Source of the DNA: a virus
Lineage: Duplodnaviria > Caudoviricetes
Reading direction: 5' to 3' (one strand)
Virus record (IMG/VR): IMGVR_UViG_3300025032_000032
Span: 1 to 27,009 of that record
DNA length: 27,009 nucleotides
The position numbers and the translations under genes were made by a program. Of this stretch, positions 25,041 through 27,009 are shown piece by piece (the first letter of the stretch is position 1; each line of letters begins with the position of its first letter). A model generated the notes under the pieces. That model was not told where the DNA came from. It saw only the letters and a list, made by a program, of their open reading frames with translations, and did no database searches.

Positions 25041-25694
25041 ATGAAAATTAATAAATTACCTACTATGGTGATTAGGAAAAGTCTTTCCTCTTCACCCAAG
25101 ATTGTAGAAAAACAATTTTTCAAAAAATTAAAATTTACGCTTTATTTAGTTTTATTTGCGATAATGCTTGCAGGGGCCACATATCTAAACATAATTAAAG
25201 ATCAAGTATTTTATTTACAAAATACCCCTATATCTATCTCAAATAATTTTAAATCTGAGATTATTTTAGATCAAACCGCAGCTATCATTGTCCGTGATGG
25301 TTCTATTCCTCCAAATGTTGCTAAGAAATACTCATTGTGGATTTATGAGGCTGCAGCTAAATATTCTGTAGACCCAATACTTCTGCTATCAATTATGCAT
25401 ACAGAATCTAGATTTAATTATAAAGCAGTTTCCCCTACTGGTCCGATAGGTTTATTCCAAGTAGCATCTAGTTATCATAAGGAAAAAACATCCAAGGCAG
25501 CTCTTTTTGATCCCAAAGTAAATATTATGGTGGGTGCTCAGATAGTTCAAGAATACTCTAAAATGTCAAAAAATACAATAGAGATGCTTTTACGATATAA
25601 TGGATCTTTAGGGGAAGCACCTAACTATGCTATTAAAGTTATGAAGACAAAACTTAAATATGATAGGGAAATTCTGGATGCAATCGCGTCATAA
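25041..25694 (+). CDS. SLT-family lytic transglycosylase with an N-terminal transmembrane segment
   Basis: IMHTESRFN (catalytic ES), GLFQV, LFDPKVNI..G, RYNG motifs; hydrophobic FTLYLVLFAIMLAGATYL after a Lys-rich stretch. Confidence 0.88.
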   Translation: MKINKLPTMVIRKSLSSSPKIVEKQFFKKLKFTLYLVLFAIMLAGATYLNIIKDQVFYLQNTPISISNNFKSEIILDQTAAIIVRDGSIPPNVAKKYSLWIYEAAAKYSVDPILLLSIMHTESRFNYKAVSPTGPIGLFQVASSYHKEKTSKAALFDPKVNIMVGAQIVQEYSKMSKNTIEMLLRYNGSLGEAPNYAIKVMKTKLKYDREILDAIAS

Positions 25695-25706
25695 GGAAAT
25701 TGTAAA

Positions 25707-26027
25707 GTGACTAAACGGCAGTACATTACGGCAATCATAAAAGATAAACACGGGCGAGCACTTTCGGTTGGTCATAATAATTATGTAAAAACTCATACTA
25801 TAATGAAATTACATGGACAAAAAGTAGGTGTTCCTTTTAAAGAGTATCTTCATGCCGAAGTTGCAGCAATAGTAAAATGTAAAAATTTACATAATGCACA
25901 CTCAATTCATGTGTACAGGTATTCAAAGGAAGGTGCCCCGATGATTGCCAAACCCTGTCCAATCTGTGAGTCTGTAATTAAATCTGCCGGCATAAAACAC
26001 ATTTATTTTACGGTTCATGGCGAATAA
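25707..26027 (+). CDS. Small zinc-dependent cytidine/dCMP deaminase-fold protein
   Basis: SVGHN, LHAEVAA, KPCPIC and AGIK.I motifs; GTG start with AAGGA RBS. Confidence 0.85.
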   Translation: MTKRQYITAIIKDKHGRALSVGHNNYVKTHTIMKLHGQKVGVPFKEYLHAEVAAIVKCKNLHNAHSIHVYRYSKEGAPMIAKPCPICESVIKSAGIKHIYFTVHGE

Positions 26028-26056
26028 TTTACACATAATAAAGAATAGTTTATAAT
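26028..26056 (+). promoter_or_regulatory. Sigma70-type early promoter
   Basis: TTTACA-17 nt-TATAAT upstream of a run of small ORFs. Confidence 0.75.
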
Positions 26057-26177
26057 TTTCATCATGAACGAACCAAAATCTTTATAAGTTTCACCAGCAT
26101 TAATTGTGCTGCTATTGGTGCTTGGGATGCAAATAGTAAAGTTTTTGGTATGATTAAAGAACATTTGGAGTCAAATA

Positions 26178-26468
26178 ATGGGTAAGAAAACATTTTCTGT
26201 TGATACTATGCGCCGCGAAATTAATCTGAGTTTGAAGAATTCTACCAAAAGTTATTCTACTCCTGATGTTCGACGAGGTCTGATGGATGCTTTGGAATAT
26301 GTGCTGCATCAATCAGGCAACTATAAAGGTTTTCGGTACCTACTGCTCGATGAAGTACCTGCCGGTGAGCTGCCCGGCATTGTAGTACATGGTACCATTG
26401 AAGATACTCCCTACGAAGTTCGTTTTGCCGAAGGTACTGTTGACCGAACGCGTGTGGAGTATTTCTGA
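26178..26468 (+). CDS. Phage hypothetical protein (LE.VLH..GNY.GFRYL motif)
   Basis: GGAG RBS; 96-aa ORF; TGATG coupling to the next gene. Confidence 0.75.
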   Translation: MGKKTFSVDTMRREINLSLKNSTKSYSTPDVRRGLMDALEYVLHQSGNYKGFRYLLLDEVPAGELPGIVVHGTIEDTPYEVRFAEGTVDRTRVEYF

Positions 26469-26713
26469 TGAATTTAGTAGAACAACTTATAGATCTGGCC
26501 AAAGAAATCGAAACAGAAGATCCGATTGATTTTGCCATGCTCCAGATAGATGAAGACGTGGCGTATACATTGATGGCAACGGCCGTATTGGAAATGTATC
26601 TGAGTAACGACAAAGATTCTCGTGATATGATTCTTTTGGCTACAGTGATTAAACTTACAGTAGAGAATTTTGTTCTCAATTTGAAACTTTTGCAAAATGA
26701 CAAACCTGTTTAG
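26468..26713 (+). CDS. Phage hypothetical protein (EDPIDF...KLTVENFVLNL)
   Basis: 81-aa helical acidic ORF coupled to the upstream gene. Confidence 0.7.
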   Translation: MNLVEQLIDLAKEIETEDPIDFAMLQIDEDVAYTLMATAVLEMYLSNDKDSRDMILLATVIKLTVENFVLNLKLLQNDKPV

Positions 26714-27009
26714 TGATGCGAAGCCTATTTAGGCTTCTTTGGTGAATATAGATTTTTATCTAATTATCATCTGTGTACTTGTGTGTTTGATGGGATTCCT
26801 TTCATGTCTTCCGAACATGTTTATATGTATTAGAAAAATTCAGATCCGGAATACCGTCTTTCAATTATTCAATCTCCTACGCCCGGTCAGGCCAAAAAGT
26901 TTGGAAGTAAAGCTGAATTAAGAAAAGATTGGGATTCGTACAGAACCACAGCTATGCTATTAGCATTAAGAGCAAAATTTGCAAACAAGGCCGAACGAGA
27001 TATGCTTCT
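26697..27009 (+). pseudogene. NADAR (YbiA-like) family gene, disrupted as sequenced and running off the window
   Basis: Frame from 26729 reads LGFFGEYRFLSNY...DGIPFMSSEHVYMY*K...TPGQAKKFG...RKDWD...M..ALRAKF; in-frame TAG at 26831-26833; the likely ATG (26697) is in another frame. Confidence 0.75.

Noticed and set aside
875-26703. Minus-strand and nested alternative-frame ORFs (e.g. 9504-10037, 20137-20640, 26257-26703)
   Set aside because: All overlap well-supported + strand genes, lack motifs and look like antisense or frame shadows.
26831-26833. Genome-wide TAG-to-Gln recoding (genetic code 15)
   Set aside because: Long genes have no internal TAG, and TAG ends gp23, the Hef-like gene and the GIY-YIG gene at sensible positions.
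26739-26921. 60-aa hydrophobic ORF from the ORF track
   Set aside because: Shadow frame overlapping the NADAR reading frame, which carries the family motifs.

Overview
Part of a large, AT-rich T4-like myovirus genome; all credible genes are on the + strand. Order: putative internal-head and small structural proteins (1-3.1 kb); tail sheath gp18 and tail tube gp19; portal gp20 split by a 467-aa HNH-containing intein; an enlarged gp67-like protein; prohead protease gp21, scaffold gp22 and major capsid gp23; a Hef-like homing endonuclease; a phage-encoded RNA polymerase omega (RpoZ) homologue; tail terminator gp3; a ~1 kb ORF-free, highly self-complementary and repeat-containing region; then uvsY, uvsW, primase, nrdA/nrdB/glutaredoxin, a GIY-YIG nuclease, a membrane-anchored lytic transglycosylase, a small Zn-deaminase, hypotheticals and a disrupted NADAR gene. 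The most notable items are the promoter-driven structured non-coding locus at 16.1-17.0 kb (candidate large ncRNA and/or origin), the omega subunit under a late-type promoter, cargo polyproteins punctuated by gp21-type cleavage motifs, and the portal intein. All protein assignments come from motif recognition and synteny by eye; no database searches or folding programs were run.
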